Source of the DNA: Schizochytrium sp. TIO01
Lineage: Eukaryota; Protista; Bigyra: Labyrinthulomycetes
Direction: 5' to 3'
DNA: 64,000 nt
NCBI GenBank assembly: GCA_004764695.1
Contig: SMSO01000032.1
Span: 8,464,483-8,528,482, forward strand
How positions within the stretch are numbered: the first letter of the stretch is position 1; every line of letters starts with the position of its first letter. A program made the position numbers and the translations under genes. Positions 61,201-64,000 of the stretch are shown one piece after another. Below the pieces are notes generated by a model. That model did not search any database and was not told the origin of the DNA. It worked only from the letters and a program-made list of their open reading frames with translations.

Positions 61201-63684
61201 GAGAGACCGCCACAATCGCTCAGTAAGAAATGCTCTGCACTGCCGGCTGCTGAGAAGCACCTTACCAAGTACTTCTTTAAATTTCAGAGCTGCTCGCCAA
61301 CCTGAGCCACTCGTGTACACTGCCTGCCGGCCGCTGCAAGGAAATTTTAGCTGCTGAGACCCTGTCTTGCAGCAGCAGAAGGTAAAGAGCCTCGGCAGGT
61401 AGGTGGTAGGAGCAGCACTTCCCCTTGCGGAGTGGATCTCTGAACGCGAGCGTCAGTCAGGTGAGAAATCGAGTGCCGCAGAGGGCTGGAGGCTCGAGGC
61501 TCGAGGCATGATTCAAGGCAAATGAGAGGCATCAGCGCTGACGCCATTCAGAAGATTGTTCAAGTTCTGTGGGAAAACACTTTTGCGCACGCGACCGAAC
61601 AATCGCTTTTGAAAGGGGAATGATGATGCTTATTATTATTATTAGTGGAAAACAGATTTAAAAAAAGAAAAAAAAAGTCACGGTCTTTCAATTTCTCATC
61701 GCCTCTTTGCGTAGTACCTCCTCTATCAAAGTAGACAATCAGACAGGCCCACATCAACGCAGCATCATGAGGAACAGCGCACTAGCTTTGAAAAAAGCTC
61801 CCCCCACCTAGGAAACAATATATTTTGTCTATTCTTTATGAAGAAAGGAAACTCAAATGCTCTGAGCCTTTTCTCCTCTTTATGAAAAACCTTCAAAGAA
61901 GTGAAAGAAGTTAAGAAGTATTAGTTAGTAGTGCTGTTTCAGGAACAATGTTATCTTTTGCGGACCCGTATTATGTATGCTTCACTTGGACCTGAAGACT
62001 GTATCGTGAGCTATGGTATAACCATCAATGCGTAAGTTCTAAAGCTGTTTGGTTGACAATTAAGCACTGGGCTAGGTTGAGACTCATAATTCTTCAAAAC
62101 AATCTATAGAATAAGAGTCTATAAAAAAGGAGTAAGTGCAAATGAAAAGGCCTCATTCATGCGCTTGAATGTTCTTAAAAAAAAAAAAGAATCTGAGGAA
62201 AACAAAAAAACACTTGCAGAGGAGTTGCTCATGTATGAGGTTTATTTATCAAAAGGAAAAAAGATCTGCTCAGCTCTTTGTTGGACTGAGTGTTAGAATC
62301 TGGATATATGGCTTCAAAATTCAGTTTGAGGTTGCTGCCTTTTTTCATTTCAATTAAAAACTTTTAAAAAATAAAATTAAAAAGACCTTTTTGAAAGAAC
62401 TTGAAGGGAAACACTAAAAATAAAATAAAATAAAATATAGATTATAAATAGAGACACTATTCGATCACACAAAATATGTGGTTCGCGAACATCTTTTGAG
62501 AAATAAAATGCTAATTCTAAATCCATTCTGCAATTAAAAACCAGCAGACTTGTTGTGTCAACCTGCGTCGTTCCAACGTAGGAGATAATCTTCAATTTTA
62601 GCAAATTCATTGTTCTATTTGAGTTTGCAGTTGGTGAGACTTTTTTTTTGAAACAATTATAGGATAACGTTGCTTCGAATATCTTATAATTTATCAATGT
62701 ATAAGGGTGAATGGACTTCCGAGTAATAGTGAATTCTCTGGAATTCTCAGGAACTTTCAATGGGATCTGATTTTTTATTTACATTTTAAAATATAAATTG
62801 AAGATAGAGGCTTTTTTTCTACTTTCTTTTTCTGAATAAAATCATAGTAGACAGTCGCTACTCACAATCCTATGTACCTACTTTCTCCAGGGAGGAAATT
62901 GATAATTCGTTGCTGCAGAGCTGCTTCTTCATTCAGAGAAGAAAGTACGTAGCGCTACTCAGTAGCTGAGGAACAACTCGTTTGTGCGCTTTGCCTCCAA
63001 AATGAGTGGAGTTGCATAGCTGGAGTGCCGTGACCAAACGAGTATGGGTACAATTCGATTGGTTCTAACTGGTGTTCTATTTCTTACTTTCTGTACATTA
63101 CCTACCTAGTTCCAGCCTACTCACCTACCTACAACTGCACGAAAGGAAAGAATTAATCTCTCTCGGCTGCTCCTGAAGAGGTAGGTAGGTACCTACGATG
63201 ACCGGCAGCTTCAAGATACATATGTATGCGGTACACATGTAAACATTTATTCATTTATTCATTAACCACTACTTCAATATACGTACCACAGCTTGAGGTT
63301 CAACGCCATTCCTTCTTCAACTCATGGGATTGAATTTGAAAACATGCATAGCTCCATGCAAGTCGTGGCTTCGAATTCTTCCATGCTTGTCACCAAATCC
63401 CGCTCCAGCCTGCAATCGTCTATACATTCTACTCTTAAAATTTCATGAAACCCAGGCCTCCCAACCAATTAAATTCATCAAGCAATCTTGCCAAACGTCA
63501 TGCCAAGGCCCATCGCCACGCCGCACGCGACAGCAGTAGCGCCAGTCATCACTCAACCCCAAGACACGACGTGCAGAACTAACTCCCAAGCACAGCAAAC
63601 CTCGAGATTCGAGCCGAGTACTTTCGTCAACAGCATTTTCATACTCAGGCAGGCAACCTACCTGCCTGCAAAAGATCAATGAGT

Positions 63685-63775
63685 ACGTATGTATGTATGC
63701 ATGTATGTATGAATGAATAATAAACGTATGTTATGTATGCATGTATGTTAGGTATGTATGTATGCATGTATGTAT
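63685..63775. repeat. Degenerate (GTAT)n microsatellite
   Basis: Read directly from the sequence. Confidence 0.85.
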
Positions 63776-64000
63776 TCCCTCCGAAGTCCTTAGTGCTACC
63801 ACCTCCGAGGCCTCTGCTGATTTCTTTCAAACTCTTTATCCCCTTCACTGATCGATCCTCGCATGTTCATTAATTCAGCTCAGATGCTATGGGGCTGGGT
63901 ACACCTGCGATGTGTCGTCCCCAGGGGGCCGTGATAAGTCGTGCCAGCCAGCGAGCGAGCGCTGCGAACCTCGAATTCTTTCTGGTTATCTGCTGAGCTC

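Noticed and set aside
58300-64000. Short ORFs of 60-127 aa at the right end of the window
   Set aside because: No recognisable motifs, codon bias or consistent splice structure.

Overview
Eukaryotic genomic DNA with GT-AG spliceosomal introns, GC-rich housekeeping CDSs and AT-rich, microsatellite-rich spacers. The overall style suggests a stramenopile protist such as a thraustochytrid, but that is only an impression. The first 25 kb holds a degenerate AT-rich region with a probable solo LTR, a stand-alone homoserine dehydrogenase, RPS3A/eS1 (two exons, candidate intronic C/D snoRNA) and a STE11-type MAPKKK. The main signal (25.9-57.5 kb) is largely missed by the ORF track. It is a tandem minus-strand cluster of four multi-exon genes (A-D) that I reconstructed by hand from splice signals. 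In each gene every 28-aa RI/NLRC-type leucine-rich repeat sits on its own 84-nt phase-2/2 exon (24 LRR exons in total, one shortened to 72 nt). The LRR exons splice through a linker to a helical region, a non-RD (HCD) kinase and a RING1 + RING2-like (RBR-type) zinc module. All four spliced frames are open. The copies differ in architecture: A is canonical; B has lost the kinase and the putative catalytic Cys; C gained two hydrophobic segments from duplicated intron sequence; D has a 546-aa first exon captured from a paralog of the head-to-head HET-like/TPR gene E. Near-identical exon-plus-intron cassettes are shared between otherwise divergent paralogs. I interpret the cluster as a candidate exon-shuffling innate-immune receptor locus. 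The function is inferred and no database searches were run.
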